Positions 26,501-37,900 are shown, numbered from the stretch's first letter. The stretch is 64,000 nt of DNA from Thermoplasmata archaeon (GCA_041489255.1 JBGPQV010000004.1:32001-96000); one strand, 5' to 3'. Notes: generated from the letters alone by a model not told the origin. Translations and numbers: made by a program.

Positions 26501-28814
26501 TGCTCGGGACCGAGAATCCCTTGACTTCGACCGTCCACAGCCCGGGCGAGGGGAAATTGACCTCGACCTGCTCGACGTTGTTCTTGCTGTCATAACCGAC
26601 ACGGGTGGGGTCGGTCCAGCCCTTGAGCGGACCGGAGGTGGCGTACTGGTTGCCGTGGAATTCGGCCGACCCGTCTGGATTGCGAACAATCAGGTCCAAA
26701 TTCCTGACGAGATTGAATCCTTGCGCATCAATCCAGACCAGCGTGACTTTCAGCGGGACGTCCGGCGTGGCGATGTTCATGTTGATGGTTGATGGCCTCC
26801 ATGTGCCCGTGGTTGTGAGCAACCCCTCTTCAAACTGGTTGCTTCTGGGTGCGGGCGGGAACAGCGACTGCTGAAGATCGATCCTGCCCCATCCTTGGTC
26901 TATCCCCGGGTACTCGTACAGGTTCTGGTCCATCCTGACGGCCCCGTTGATCAGCATCGCCTTCGCGAGTTGTGAGTTGACGTTGTTGATGCCCCAGATC
27001 TCGCGGAAGTATTCTCTCGTGAGCATGTAGAGTCCCGCCGCCTGCGGCGAGGCCATGGAAGTTCCCTGCATGTAGCGATAGTCGGTGATCCCGTCTTGGC
27101 CAATCCCGGGTATCCTGTAGTCGTACTGGTCGACGCCAAGGATATAATCGGGCTGCGGGACACCCGCACCGCCCGGTCCAGCGTTGTAGAGCCACTCGCC
27201 GACGCCGAGGCCTGAGACGACCGCGGTGCCTATCGCGACGAGGTCCGGCTTGTACCTCTCTCCCGGATTCCCTCGCGAGCTGAAGTCAGCCATGAGGTTC
27301 GGGTTGTCCGCCTCGAACTGGTCTGGCCTGAAGTTCTGCGAGGCGCCGATGCCCAGCCCGTTCTTGGCCTTCGCAATGCCGCTCACGGTGTTGGGATCGG
27401 GTCCGTCGTTCCCGACTGCGAAAAGGATCATCTTGTCGTTTGAGGCATCCATCCTCATGTCGACCGCCATGGCGGTGTTGTCATACACCCTGTTCGGGGT
27501 GCCATAGCTGTTGGTCATCGTCTTCGCGCCGTCCGCGTATTCAAGGTCCCAATATGCCGGGCTTGATGCTATTCCTCCGCCAGAGCCGACGCAGTCGAAC
27601 GAGAGCTTGCCCTCTGGGACGCTGCCTGCCTCGGATTGATCCCATTCCATGTCGTCGGTCGGGAGGCCGTACTGCTTCTCCCACCCATAGCCGTTGGAGA
27701 CGATTATTCCCGCCACGTGCGTGCCGTGCGCGACGCCGTTGGTCCTACCGTCTGGCTGGCTGCACTGCGCGGTCTGCCTCCTCAGGCCCACGACCCTGTC
27801 ACCGAGGGGGCCCTTGAAAGTATCGATCCATCCGTTGTTGGGGGTGTTGAGGTCGAATCCGCTGTCCTGTATCCCAACCACCTCGAAGATATCGTCCGCA
27901 TTCCCCATGATCCCGTCAGGCCCAGGTGAGTGGCCTGTGAGGTTGGACGTGAGGCCGCTCTTGGCCGGACTCCAAGCCTGGTGGAACTTGTGGACCTCCC
28001 CCGCCTGCCAGTCGAGGGTGACCTTCTCGGGAGACCAAAATATCTGTGAAATGTCCGATGACGCCGCTATGTAGGGAATCAGAGAAGAGGGGGCAAACGC
28101 CTCTGCCGTGGTTGGTAGGTTTGACGTCTGAGTCACTTCGGCTCCTCTGCCCTGGAGGATAGATATCAACTGTTCCTCCGTGACTCCGTCATATGCGACC
28201 ACGCTAATCGGTACGATTCCCGTCATCGTGCGAAGTTCAGATTGAATCTTGTATGCCGGCTGGTATTGCCCGACCCAGCCCACGAACGGGAGTTCCTTGA
28301 CAGCGGCGACCTGTTCGTCGCTCATCTTCCCGATATAGGCGTAGTTCTCCGCGTAGTCGCGGAGTGTGACGCCGGTGCTTTCGGCCGCATCGACCCATTC
28401 CGACTTGATCGGCCCGATGAACTGCACGATCCTTTCATCGGATGTGGTCGAGGTGAGGTACCACGGCAGGGAAGGCTCTCCCATCGCCGTATCGAACTCG
28501 TAGCCGGCAGCTTCGAACTTGACCGCCGTCCTCTCCGGCATATCCCTCACGTGGATGCCCAATTCGCCCAGGTACTGGGTTTCGTATTCAGGTCCCTTCA
28601 CGAGATAGTATCCATTATTATAATCCGTGACGACCTTCATTCCGAGAGCTGGCAAGACCTGCATTGAAGCAGTGCTCGCAAAGCTCAGAAGGTATACATT
28701 CTGAGACCCGGTCCCCGCAGGCACCTGGGGGCTGCTACCACCCAGCGTGGCGAGGGGCACTATGGTCAAGGCCATCAACAACACTAGCGCTAGCGCCTTC
28801 TGTTTTGCCCACAT
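23535..28814 (-). CDS. Secreted S8 subtilase, ~1760 aa, long beta-rich C-terminal extension
   Basis: Signal peptide, prodomain, QDSG / HGTHVAG / GNDG / GTSMASP, GWGRIDL, NNVEQV, Asp-box-like SFDGGDTW. Confidence 0.93.
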   Translation of the reverse strand: MWAKQKALALVLLMALTIVPLATLGGSSPQVPAGTGSQNVYLLSFASTASMQVLPALGMKVVTDYNNGYYLVKGPEYETQYLGELGIHVRDMPERTAVKFEAAGYEFDTAMGEPSLPWYLTSTTSDERIVQFIGPIKSEWVDAAESTGVTLRDYAENYAYIGKMSDEQVAAVKELPFVGWVGQYQPAYKIQSELRTMTGIVPISVVAYDGVTEEQLISILQGRGAEVTQTSNLPTTAEAFAPSSLIPYIAASSDISQIFWSPEKVTLDWQAGEVHKFHQAWSPAKSGLTSNLTGHSPGPDGIMGNADDIFEVVGIQDSGFDLNTPNNGWIDTFKGPLGDRVVGLRRQTAQCSQPDGRTNGVAHGTHVAGIIVSNGYGWEKQYGLPTDDMEWDQSEAGSVPEGKLSFDCVGSGGGIASSPAYWDLEYADGAKTMTNSYGTPNRVYDNTAMAVDMRMDASNDKMILFAVGNDGPDPNTVSGIAKAKNGLGIGASQNFRPDQFEADNPNLMADFSSRGNPGERYKPDLVAIGTAVVSGLGVGEWLYNAGPGGAGVPQPDYILGVDQYDYRIPGIGQDGITDYRYMQGTSMASPQAAGLYMLTREYFREIWGINNVNSQLAKAMLINGAVRMDQNLYEYPGIDQGWGRIDLQQSLFPPAPRSNQFEEGLLTTTGTWRPSTINMNIATPDVPLKVTLVWIDAQGFNLVRNLDLIVRNPDGSAEFHGNQYATSGPLKGWTDPTRVGYDSKNNVEQVEVNFPSPGLWTVEVKGFSVPSTAKFALVFSADVGPRKTYQVNIESNYPTILSVAPGGTASLPFIVRNFGSAEDTISVSHNAPGTLGVSFDWPVAYFQPGDSKDDLAIFSASVSTPPDLYSFCIKAESGNDTATPKNSGSLCLQVEVLGERLPYARRITNQPIDELDPSVLTFNSSGVNHIFIAYRKTTPIDPLDLLHGGTNVWIANNTLDANHEPAGIWTFTEVSNSNDYPNDLRLLYIDWGPFAGRVVLTWTGQDPTESVPESKPYGRMAFADAPYDTWQLRTIEKNYGSNVYNSARVSFPLFRHAGGPNGTLIWVWEHLDMVSTQSAQTTAVQTHAAFSFDGGDTWGDCYAAPSQCYLIAPRGSSNFYFFPNGMVDQNDVLWVFFYWRMQSSGQGRRLAAALWDGPAWNQGWSNPINIWDAGGSTNIQFPAAVSTNEGSGNKIYVAVTNDAGALDKRLYVLTADGSFGSGLVYPAPRAAASPGVSPDFSTPQGPMGVAVSDANYNRRPVLNVVYTEDGIVWVPYMEAGNIFGVPNMWTWSSTDGFVAERTRTNVTADAFAKGHQMSDTLTIGSKSCVYEVWHENIAPTGEVNYDVYLAIYCAGWQTSPDNQGPITVNQATIPNPYNRTYPSAFRIKADINDISTGYNNISAAQLVPTALSVSDPSMVDWSNAWAMNLTGVDRSPSETAWVWANWTVQGWATGTCHRFWIRGQDELNNWGSGDYVDVCVTQALSKPPPPPVMVKAELTGPGFQDVTLTWGRSFDDGNGVNNVLLYKVWKADSINGPYNIAATVTATHSPTYTWPDTGAGHGEFQNHFYYVQANSSLYDSPPTKLAAKFYRTMSAGGKQLLSFPLLQADYKPSAVFQTLGFDYVRTYDPRDQDQWKSYKVGRQVNDITALDIHQAYWVDMTSGGTMTVAGLVAENVIIQLQGGAWNLLSFPSFNATYTLADLSAALGPVVGAIEVFDPNAGPYYLQRLSPTDWATTVMQPGLAYWIYVSSSTEWAVPAA

Positions 28815-28821
28815 GTCGTCT

Positions 28822-28848
28822 TTCCTCCTCCGATTGCAGAGGAACCAG
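28822..28848 (-). promoter_or_regulatory. Leader hairpin overlapping the Shine-Dalgarno (subtilase 1)
   Basis: mRNA ccucug-caau-cggaggagg; conserved upstream of subtilase 2. Confidence 0.55.
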
Positions 28849-28898
28849 AGAAACAAGAAAAACCTTGCAAACTGCTGGTCGTCCGACTAATGATGCCA

Positions 28899-28918
28899 TC
28901 TATAAATAGCTTTTCTGG
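28899..28918 (-). promoter_or_regulatory. Archaeal BRE-TATA promoter candidate for subtilase 1
   Basis: Minus strand cagaaaagctatttataga about 85 bp upstream of the ATG. Confidence 0.5.
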
Positions 28919-29223
28919 TTTTGAAATCGAAGTCTCTGGAGGCTGGCATCTCGTCTGCGCCGCATTCTGGGGCTTTGCGAAAGGCGCCGCTCCGGGCCCC
29001 GCCTGGAACGGCAATGCCGCCTTCGCCTCTGCCCACATCGTGACGCGCCTCTGCGACAGGAGAGGAACAAGGTGGCTTTGCGGTGAAGTAGATTGTTGTA
29101 CGCCGTTTTTACTGCTATATCAACGTATCCGGGCGCGAGAGTCCAGGTGCCGCTCAAGCGCCAGGCTAGGGCGCCGCCTGCAGACATGCCGGTCCCGGCG
29201 CTTTCGGGCGGGCATCTCCGAAT

Positions 29224-32200
29224 CTACGTTCCCGGGACGTACCACGTGACAGCCGACGAGAGCAGGATCCAGTACGCCTGGCCAGCCTGCATGCACGTCG
29301 TCGACCATTCCGACTGCGCTAACCTCTGGAGGTAGTAGGGTCCCGCTGACGAATCATAGGTCTCGACCGCGTGCACGCTGCCGCCGGCAGCCGCAGCGAA
29401 GTCCCCAAGGGTGTAGTTGGTCCTGAATGACGGGAAGCCGATGAGGTTCCATCCGGCGGGGAGGGTCATCGTGGTGAGGTCTGGGACCAGACCCGCAACA
29501 GTCATCGTACCCGGCGCGGTGAGTTTGACCCAGTAGCCCGACTTGACATCCATCGCGCTGATGTCGTTGATTGCTCTTCCCGGCTTGTAGCTCCTCCACG
29601 GGTCGCCTCCGAGCGAATAGTAGGTCCTGACGGAGGTGAACCCGATTGTCTTCAGAACTTGATTGGGATGGTAGTTTGCCTGGTAGAGCGGGACGGAGAG
29701 GAGGTTGCTGTCGCCGTCGGTCAAAGTCCTGAAGAACTTCGCGGCAAGCTTCGTCGGCAGACTGTCGAACACGCTGTCGTTGGCCTGCACGTAGTAGAAG
29801 AAGAACTGCATGTTGCCATGGCCCGCGTTGATGTCCGTCCATGAATAGGCCGAGGCGCCGGTCGCAGTCACGTTGTAGACGATGAAGTAGGTGCCGCGCG
29901 CGGCGTCTGATTTCCAGACCTTGTAGATCGAGACGTCATTCGCACCCGCGCCATCGTCGAGCGATCTAGACCAGGTGAGGGTGACGTCCTTGTTGTTGGT
30001 GCCCGTCAGCTCGGCCTTCTGCATGACCGGCGGAGGCGGCGGCTTGTCCGGGGCCTGCGTGACGCATACATCGACCATCTCGCCCTGCCCCCACATGCTC
30101 TTGTTGTCCTCCCCGCGGATCCAGAAGCGCCTGCACTCACCCAGGCTCCACAGGGATGGCAGCCAGTTGGCGTAGAGCCAAGCGGTCTCCGTCGGGCTCC
30201 TGTCCACTCCGGTGAGGTTCATGGACCACGCGTTCGACCAGTCGAGGGTCGACGGGTCAGTCACTGTCAGGTCGGTCATCAGGAGCTGTGCCGCGATGAT
30301 GTTGTTGTATCCCGTGTTGATGTCGCTGATGTCCGCCTTTATCTTGAACGTGGGCGAGGGGAATGTCCTGTTGACGGGGTTAGGTAGCGTCGCAAGGTTG
30401 AGCGCCGAAGGCCCGAGGTTGTCAGGCGTGGTGTCCCAGCCCGCGCAGTAGATTGCGAGATACACGTCGTAGTTGACCTCGCCGCTCGGCGCGATGTTCT
30501 CGTGCCAGACCTCGTAGACGCAGCTGCTCACCGGCGTGGTCAACGTATCGGACATCTGATGCCCCTTCGCGAACGCGTCGGCGGAGACAAGCGTCCTGTT
30601 CGGGGCTGTCGCGAACCCGTCCCTGGACGACCAGGTCCACATGTTCGGGACTCCGTAGGGGTTGCCGAGCTCCATGTACGGTATCCACACTATTCCGTCG
30701 TCGGTGTAGACGATGTTGAGCACCGGCCGCCTGTTGTAGTTCGCATCCGACACCGCCACGCCGAAAGGTCCCCTGGGCGACGCGAAGCTTGGGCTCAAGC
30801 CCGGCGATGGCGCGGCTAAAGGAGCCGGGTACACCAGACCGGAACCGTAGTTGCCCTCCGCGTACAACGCGAAGAGCTGCTTGTCCAGCCTGCCCTTGTC
30901 GTTGGTGGCCGCAACATAGACCCTGTTCCCTCCCTCTGGCGTGGACACCACGGCCGGATACTGGATGTTGTTCAAAGTGCCGTCGTCCCAGATGTTGATC
31001 GGCGCCAGCCAGCCCGTGTCCCAAGTCGGCCCGTCCCACAGAGACAGGGCGAGTTTCCTGCCGGCGCTACCGGTGGCAGTCCTCCAGTAGAAGAAGACCC
31101 AGAGCACGTCGTTCTGATCCACCCCGCCGTTCGGGAAGAAGTAGAAGTTGGTGGAGGACGTCGGGGGAGCAATCTTCTTGCACTGCCCGGCTACGCAATC
31201 GCTCCAGGTGTCACCGCCATCGAAAGAGAAGGTGGCATGGACCTGCACGGCGCTTATCTGCGGAGCATCGTAGCTCGTCGAGTCCAGATGTTCCCAGATC
31301 CAAGCCAGCGTGCCGTTCGGGCCGCCAGCATGGCGGAAGATCGGGAAGCTGACCCTGCCGCTGTTGCAGACATTGCTACCGTAGTTCTTCTCCATGGTTC
31401 TGATATTCCAGGTATCGTACGGCGAGTCTGAGAACGCCACGCGGCCCCACGGTACCTTGTTGTCGTCGGGCTCGAGCGGATCTTTCCCAGTCCAGGTAAG
31501 TATGACCCTCCCCGTGAACAGACCCCAATCGATGTACTGGAACCTGAGGTCATTGGGGTAGTCGTTCCAATCGCTCACGACCATGTGCGTCCACGGTCCA
31601 GCGAGTTGATGGTTGACTGTGAGCGTGTTGTGCGCCACCCAGACATTGGTTCCGTTGTGCGAAAGGTCGAGCGGGTTGAGCGGCGTGGTCTTCCTATATG
31701 CGATGAAGACGTGGTAGGTGCCGCTCAGGTTGAACGTCACCACCGACGGGTCCAGTTCATCGACGCTCTCGGTCGTCACCTTCCACCAGTACGGAAGGCG
31801 TTGCGCCAGCACCTCGACTTGCACGCACAGCGTGTCGGAGGCCTTCGGCACGTTCGGGTCGTTGCCCGACTCCGCCTTGATGCAGAAAGAATACATGCCC
31901 GGTGTTGTCCCGGGCGGCGCGTACATTATCGCCATGTTGTCCATCATCTGACCTGTGGTGAAGGTGTTGACCATCCAGTCCATCGTGACCCCTATGGTCG
32001 AGGAGCCGTGAGATATGGAGATGATGTCTGTCTCCGTCCCGTAGTTCCTCACACTGAAGGGGAGGCTCGCAGCTCCGTCAGGGGAGACGCTCAAGACGGT
32101 TGGGTACCTCGTCTCCATGTGGACCTGGTAGGTCTTCTTGGGGCCCACATCCGCCGAGAATATCACGGCAAACTTGGCGGTGGATGGCACCTGTGTTCCG

Positions 32201-34488
32201 CGCACGATGACAGTCCAGAGCCCTGTCGCGGGATACTGCACCTCGACCTGCTCAACATTGTTGATGTTGTCGAACCCGGGGTCGCCCGAGTCGGTCCAGC
32301 CCTTCAGAGCTCCAGATGTCCCGTACTGGTTCCCATGATACTCGATCGTGCCGGATGGATCGCGGACTATGAGGTCCAGGTTCCTCACCAGAGCCCCGCC
32401 GACCGCAGGCGGGTCGACCCAGACCAGAGTGATTTTCAGCGGGACGTCGGCGGTCTCCACGTTCTTGTTGATCGTCGCAGGTTGCCATGTGCCTGTCGTC
32501 GTGAGGACGCCTTCCTCGAACTGGTTCGTCCGTGGCGCAGGCGGGAAGAGCGACTGCTCCAGGTCTATCCTGCCCCACCCTTGGTCAATGCCAGGATACT
32601 GGTAGAGGTTCGGGTCCATCCTCACAGCGCCGTTAATCAACATCGCCTTCGCGAGCTGCGAGTTGACGTTGTCGATGCCCCAGACCTCCCGGAAATATTC
32701 TCTCGTGAGCATGTAGAGTCCCGCCGCCATGGGAGTGGCCGCCGAAGTGCCCGGCATGTACCTGTAGTCGCCCATGCCGTCGGCCTGTATCGCGCCGGGG
32801 TTGTTGCAGCTGTAGACATCTACTTTCTGTATCCAGTCGGGCTGCACTGCTTGGCTCCAGTATCCCCACTCGCCGCATCCGAGCGGTGCGATGACCGACG
32901 TGCCTATTGCCAATAGGTCCGGCTTGAACCTCTCGGCTGGGTCGCTGCGGGAGCTGAAGTCGGCTATCAGGTTTGAGTTGTCAGAGTCGAACCACTCGGG
33001 CCTATAGTTCTCCGACGCGCCTATCGTGAGGCCGTTCTTCGCTTTCGCCTCGGTGCTCGTCGTTGCGGGGTCCGGTCCGTCATTGCCCGCAGCGAAGAGT
33101 ATCATCTTATCGTTTGATGCTTCGATCCTTGTGTCGACCGAGACGGCTGTCGGCCCATATGGTCCCGGCGAGCTACCGTAGCTGTTGCTCATGGTCTTCG
33201 CGCCGTCCGCGTATTCATCGTCCCAATATGTCGGGCTAGACTGCAGCGTCCCGCTCGCGGTTATGACGCAGTCGAATGAGAGCTTGCCCTCCGGGACGAC
33301 GCCCGCTTCGGACTGGTCCCATACGAAGTCATCGTTGGGGATCCCGAACTGCTGCTCCCACGCCCATCCATTGGAGATGACGGTGCCAGAAACGTGCGTG
33401 CCGTGCGCCGTTCCTCTCACCCTCCCATCGTACTGGCTACACGGCGCGGTTCTCTTCCTCACCGCAATTACCCTGTCGCCGAGTGGCCCCTTGAAGAAAT
33501 CGTGATGACCCGCATCGGCTCGCTGGAGGTCCAGTCCTGTGTCCTGGATCCCGACAATCTCGAAGACATCATCAGCGTTGCCTTGAATTCCGTCAGGTCC
33601 GGGAGAATGGCCAGTCAGGTTTGTCGGCAGTCCGCTTCGCGCGGGTGTCCAAGCCTGGTGGAATTTGTGGATCTCGCCCGCCTCCCAGTCGAGCGTCTTC
33701 ACTTCCTGATATAGGAAGATCTGACTGACCGCCGAAGACTTCGCGATAGCGGGAATGAGAGACGTGTCGACCAGGGCAACAGCCGTTGTCGGATCAGGCC
33801 AAGTCAGCAGGACATATGCGCCTAGATTTCCGAGGGTAGTGATCAATTGCGCTTCATCGACATCCTCGTAGGCAGTCAAGCTGATTTCGACCGCCCCGCT
33901 CATCTGCAATAGCCGCGACTCGATCTTGTACGCGGGTTGGTACTGCCCGACCCAGCCAACAAATGGAAGCGATCTGACGGCGGCGGCCTGCTCGTCATTC
34001 ATTTTTCCAATGTAAGCGTAATTTTCGACATAGTCGCGGAGAGGCACTCCGCGACTTTCCACTGCCGCAATCCATTCGGACTTGATGGGACCGAGGAACT
34101 GGACTATCCTCTCGGCGGAATCGACGGCGGTGAGGTATGGTGGGATCGTAGGAGCCGCCACGTTTGTGTCGAAGGTTATCCCCGCCGCAGGGAATCGCAG
34201 CATGTTCCGGTCAGGGAGCGCATTCATCTTGATTCCGAAATCCGCGAGGAACGAGTTCTCATAGAGCGGTCCTTCCGCCAAATAATAATCGTTATTGTAG
34301 TCGTCGACAATGACCATGCCCAGGTCCGTCAGGAAGGACTTCGATTCGGGAGATTCGAAGCTGAGCAGGTAGACACTCTGGGGGCCGGCATTGTCCGAAA
34401 CCGCATCGCCTCCACCCAACATGCTCACCGGCACGGCAGACCACGACATGACCAACACTAGCGTAGCCACTTTCGTCTTTGCCCACAT
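29224..34488 (-). CDS. Secreted S8 subtilase, full-length paralog of 23535..28814
   Basis: QDTG / HGTHVSG / GNDG / GTSAATP; colinear with the paralog throughout. Confidence 0.93.
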   Translation of the reverse strand: MWAKTKVATLVLVMSWSAVPVSMLGGGDAVSDNAGPQSVYLLSFESPESKSFLTDLGMVIVDDYNNDYYLAEGPLYENSFLADFGIKMNALPDRNMLRFPAAGITFDTNVAAPTIPPYLTAVDSAERIVQFLGPIKSEWIAAVESRGVPLRDYVENYAYIGKMNDEQAAAVRSLPFVGWVGQYQPAYKIESRLLQMSGAVEISLTAYEDVDEAQLITTLGNLGAYVLLTWPDPTTAVALVDTSLIPAIAKSSAVSQIFLYQEVKTLDWEAGEIHKFHQAWTPARSGLPTNLTGHSPGPDGIQGNADDVFEIVGIQDTGLDLQRADAGHHDFFKGPLGDRVIAVRKRTAPCSQYDGRVRGTAHGTHVSGTVISNGWAWEQQFGIPNDDFVWDQSEAGVVPEGKLSFDCVITASGTLQSSPTYWDDEYADGAKTMSNSYGSSPGPYGPTAVSVDTRIEASNDKMILFAAGNDGPDPATTSTEAKAKNGLTIGASENYRPEWFDSDNSNLIADFSSRSDPAERFKPDLLAIGTSVIAPLGCGEWGYWSQAVQPDWIQKVDVYSCNNPGAIQADGMGDYRYMPGTSAATPMAAGLYMLTREYFREVWGIDNVNSQLAKAMLINGAVRMDPNLYQYPGIDQGWGRIDLEQSLFPPAPRTNQFEEGVLTTTGTWQPATINKNVETADVPLKITLVWVDPPAVGGALVRNLDLIVRDPSGTIEYHGNQYGTSGALKGWTDSGDPGFDNINNVEQVEVQYPATGLWTVIVRGTQVPSTAKFAVIFSADVGPKKTYQVHMETRYPTVLSVSPDGAASLPFSVRNYGTETDIISISHGSSTIGVTMDWMVNTFTTGQMMDNMAIMYAPPGTTPGMYSFCIKAESGNDPNVPKASDTLCVQVEVLAQRLPYWWKVTTESVDELDPSVVTFNLSGTYHVFIAYRKTTPLNPLDLSHNGTNVWVAHNTLTVNHQLAGPWTHMVVSDWNDYPNDLRFQYIDWGLFTGRVILTWTGKDPLEPDDNKVPWGRVAFSDSPYDTWNIRTMEKNYGSNVCNSGRVSFPIFRHAGGPNGTLAWIWEHLDSTSYDAPQISAVQVHATFSFDGGDTWSDCVAGQCKKIAPPTSSTNFYFFPNGGVDQNDVLWVFFYWRTATGSAGRKLALSLWDGPTWDTGWLAPINIWDDGTLNNIQYPAVVSTPEGGNRVYVAATNDKGRLDKQLFALYAEGNYGSGLVYPAPLAAPSPGLSPSFASPRGPFGVAVSDANYNRRPVLNIVYTDDGIVWIPYMELGNPYGVPNMWTWSSRDGFATAPNRTLVSADAFAKGHQMSDTLTTPVSSCVYEVWHENIAPSGEVNYDVYLAIYCAGWDTTPDNLGPSALNLATLPNPVNRTFPSPTFKIKADISDINTGYNNIIAAQLLMTDLTVTDPSTLDWSNAWSMNLTGVDRSPTETAWLYANWLPSLWSLGECRRFWIRGEDNKSMWGQGEMVDVCVTQAPDKPPPPPVMQKAELTGTNNKDVTLTWSRSLDDGAGANDVSIYKVWKSDAARGTYFIVYNVTATGASAYSWTDINAGHGNMQFFFYYVQANDSVFDSLPTKLAAKFFRTLTDGDSNLLSVPLYQANYHPNQVLKTIGFTSVRTYYSLGGDPWRSYKPGRAINDISAMDVKSGYWVKLTAPGTMTVAGLVPDLTTMTLPAGWNLIGFPSFRTNYTLGDFAAAAGGSVHAVETYDSSAGPYYLQRLAQSEWSTTCMQAGQAYWILLSSAVTWYVPGT

Positions 34489-34495
34489 TTGATCA

Positions 34496-34522
34496 TTCCT
34501 CCTCCGTTGCCAGAGGAACCAG
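34496..34522 (-). promoter_or_regulatory. Leader hairpin overlapping the Shine-Dalgarno (subtilase 2)
   Basis: mRNA ccucug-gcaa-cggaggagg (GNRA loop). Confidence 0.55.
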
Positions 34523-34951
34523 CGCGAGCGAAAAAAAGGAGGCACGTGCTGATTGAAGGCGAATCGGTGCCTTGTGGTATAGGTTTTGCGGTAGGGTCCT
34601 TTTACTGACGTATAGGACTTGCGGTATTCTTGAGGATTTTCAAACACGGTTCAGGTTTGAACTTTCACGGGGATTCCAGCGATATGCCCATCACTTTAGG
34701 CCAATTGCGTAGCGGTCTGGCACGACTTGATGACCAGAGATACATCCCAGCAATAATCGCAATGCGAAAGGATGATTCTCTGCAAAGAAGGACTGTTTCG
34801 AAATTGAGGAAGGGGATATGTCCGATTCGATTGCACCGCGAATCCTTTCAGAGGATGCTCATGTCGACGATGGAGTTGCACCCCAACAACATATAAATAG
34901 CGGGGTATCGATTCAAAACTCTGTCCACCCATCGGATAGGGGACTACTGAA

Positions 34952-37900
34952 TTGACCGGGAGGAGGCAGTCTCTCTGTGTATTGCTGCTGCTAGTCATGC
35001 TGTCGTCTGCCATGTATGTCTCGACTCCAGGGCAGAAACCGAACCAGCCCGATCAAGCGGGCACCGCGCCCGCGCTATCGAGCGAAGGAACGGGCACGAA
35101 CCCTGAGAAGCAGGTCGACATGGGCGCATCCGTATCATCGATACCGATGGCGACTTACCCGAGCTCGAGTGTCGGATGGCCGACCGCAAGTTCGGAGCCG
35201 ACTCCGGATGTAAACAGCCCGACGATCTTCGACTATCATCACATAGCCGAGGCTCAAGCCCTTGGGACGCCGGCGTACACGGGCTCCGATGTCCGGGTTT
35301 CGGTACTCGACTACGGTCTGGATATGGGCCAGCCAGACCTGAACGGCTCTCAATTCGTACAGCCATCTGGCCCTTATGCCGGGTGGCCCGTGGCCTTTGA
35401 CCCGATGTCGATGGGCAAATGGCTCAGGGACGAGAAGTACGAGGGGACCTGGTACGCGAACACGACTCGGGAAGGTCAGCCACCTTTCGAGGTGACCCAC
35501 TACATCCTCGTGGATGGTCGAAGAGACTTCGGAGATTCCGAGTTGCTGAAGGAGGATCCCTTGGGAACCAGCACATCTTCCACGGATGGACCAAAGATGG
35601 ACTATGACCTTACGCAACTCTATGTGACTCACGATGAGAAATTCTGGTACTTCGGATGGCCTGTCACGCAATACCTGAACACGAACCTTACCTATGGCCT
35701 TATGATAGATGTGAATAACGAGACAGGGGGAACAACGTCAGTCCCTGAAGGGAAGCTCGTAAGCACGAACACGACTCATTCGGGGAGCCCCCCCACAGAT
35801 CTAGCGGTCAACGATGTCACCGTGAGCCCTGACGGCACTCTGATAGCGACAACCTCGAGCGATAAACATGTCAAGGTCTGGAGACTCGATGGCAGCCGAT
35901 TGTACGACTTCGCTCCAGATCCCTTGAATCCAAGCAGTCACACTTCGAATCCTTACAGTCTCGCTTGGTCCCCAGACAGCAGGTTCCTGGCCAGCAGAGA
36001 CAAGAGCAAGCTCATAGTATGGGACGTTGTCAGCGGGCGTCAGGCATGGTGGACCACCATCAAGGACTCGACAATGGATATCACGCCTCCTGACGATCGC
36101 TTTTCATCATCGATTGCGTTCTCGCCCAATGGGCAGTGGATTGCGGTTGGTGCCGACTCCAGGGTGAGCGTCTTCAATGCTGCAACAGGCAGGTACGTCG
36201 GCAACGTCTCCGCCGCGACGGGTGGCATCATCAGGAGCGTGGCATTCAATCCGACAAACCCAACGCCGCCCCAGATTGCGATTGGGGCTGATATCTATGG
36301 GACGAGTTCCAATACCGTTCGAATTTACTCACTGGATGCGACGAACCTGCAGAACGTCAGAAATCCTCCAGTCGCCGTTGCTACCTGGAACAGCACGACA
36401 GCAGCCCCGGGCGCGCACACCGGTCAGATATTCAGCGTCGCATGGTCGCCTGATGGTCTGAGGATAGCATCCACAGCGAAGGATAACAGCGTCAGACTGT
36501 GGAACCCGCCTTCCACGTCACCTCTCAGGTATTCGACGCTTCATGGGAATTGGGTTTATGACGTCGCATGGGAACGGAGCGCTCCATACAGGTTCGCGAC
36601 TGTCTCGCGTTCTCCCACGTTGCCCAAAGCCCCGCTTAGGCTCTGGGGCTATAATGGCAGCTCGCTCGGATACTTCGAGCTCAACAAGTCGACTTATGCG
36701 GTCGACTGGACGAATAGCGGTGAACTGGTCACTGCGTCACTTGACCTATCCGCAAGGATTACAAGCACCTCTGGGAACCTTCAGAGAATCCTCGTTGCCA
36801 ACAAACCCGACTATGCGGTGATGATTGACGCAGGCATGAACTACAGCATGAAGGACCTGAAGTGGGAAAAAGTCGTCTACAACGGGACGTTCTATTCATG
36901 GAACGATACCACGTCGAGCTGGAGCCAGGGCAACGAAGTGACAAAACCGCCAATCAACGGCACTCAAGCATTCTTCGGAGTCGACGAGCTGTTCGTCGAA
37001 CTCGGAGTACCCACCGCCCTCTTGGGCAATCCCTCAGGCATTTCCGTCGAGATGTTCTCCGTGGCGAGAGACAAGAGTCATGCTCAGGACTCGGTGCCGA
37101 TCGACGGTACGGTTTTCGACGTGGACGGCAACGGGAAGTCCGATGGAGGGACCGCGGATCCATCACGTCCTGCCATTGACTTCACTCCTGTCGAGACACC
37201 GCTGAGTGCCTTCCAGTACGTTCCGGTCACATACTACAAGGTCAACACTACCGAAATCAACTCGGTGAGTAGGGATTACCATTTCGGGTATCACCCATCC
37301 CAGAAACTTGCTCAGCTATTCGGTTCTCTGGGCTTGCTCGTGGTAGATCCCGATCGGAACGGCACCTATGAGCGAGTCTATCTGGACATGGATAGGAACA
37401 CTTGTGAATCCAACCATGAATTCGATTCCCGGGATGTCTGGGTGGACAAGAGCCATCCCGTTGCGACATGCAACAAAGCGGGCACAGTCGATTCCACGCC
37501 CGATATCTCCGCAGGCATGATCTACTTTGTTTCAGACGGCGTCAATAATATCCCGTACTCCGAACGATTCAGGGAGCTGAATGGCATTACGAATCTCAAG
37601 AAACCGGGGAACGGCGAACTCGTTGCTTTCGCCGGCGAGTTCAGGATGGATCCCGACACGAACTACCCGCTGACTCATGGCACCGAAATCGCCTCGATAA
37701 TCGCTTCCAGAGGCCGGATCGATTCCGCTAGAATGAAAGGGATTGCGCCCGGAGTGAAACTCATACCCATCGTGAACGCCCTCGATGACATCATCTCCTC
37801 CTGGTACTTTGCAGTTGAGGGATACGACAAGTCGCCCGCAACCGGCGACGAGGCTCAGATAGTCCTCAATCCATTCGAGTATCCCAGAACGAAGGACGAC

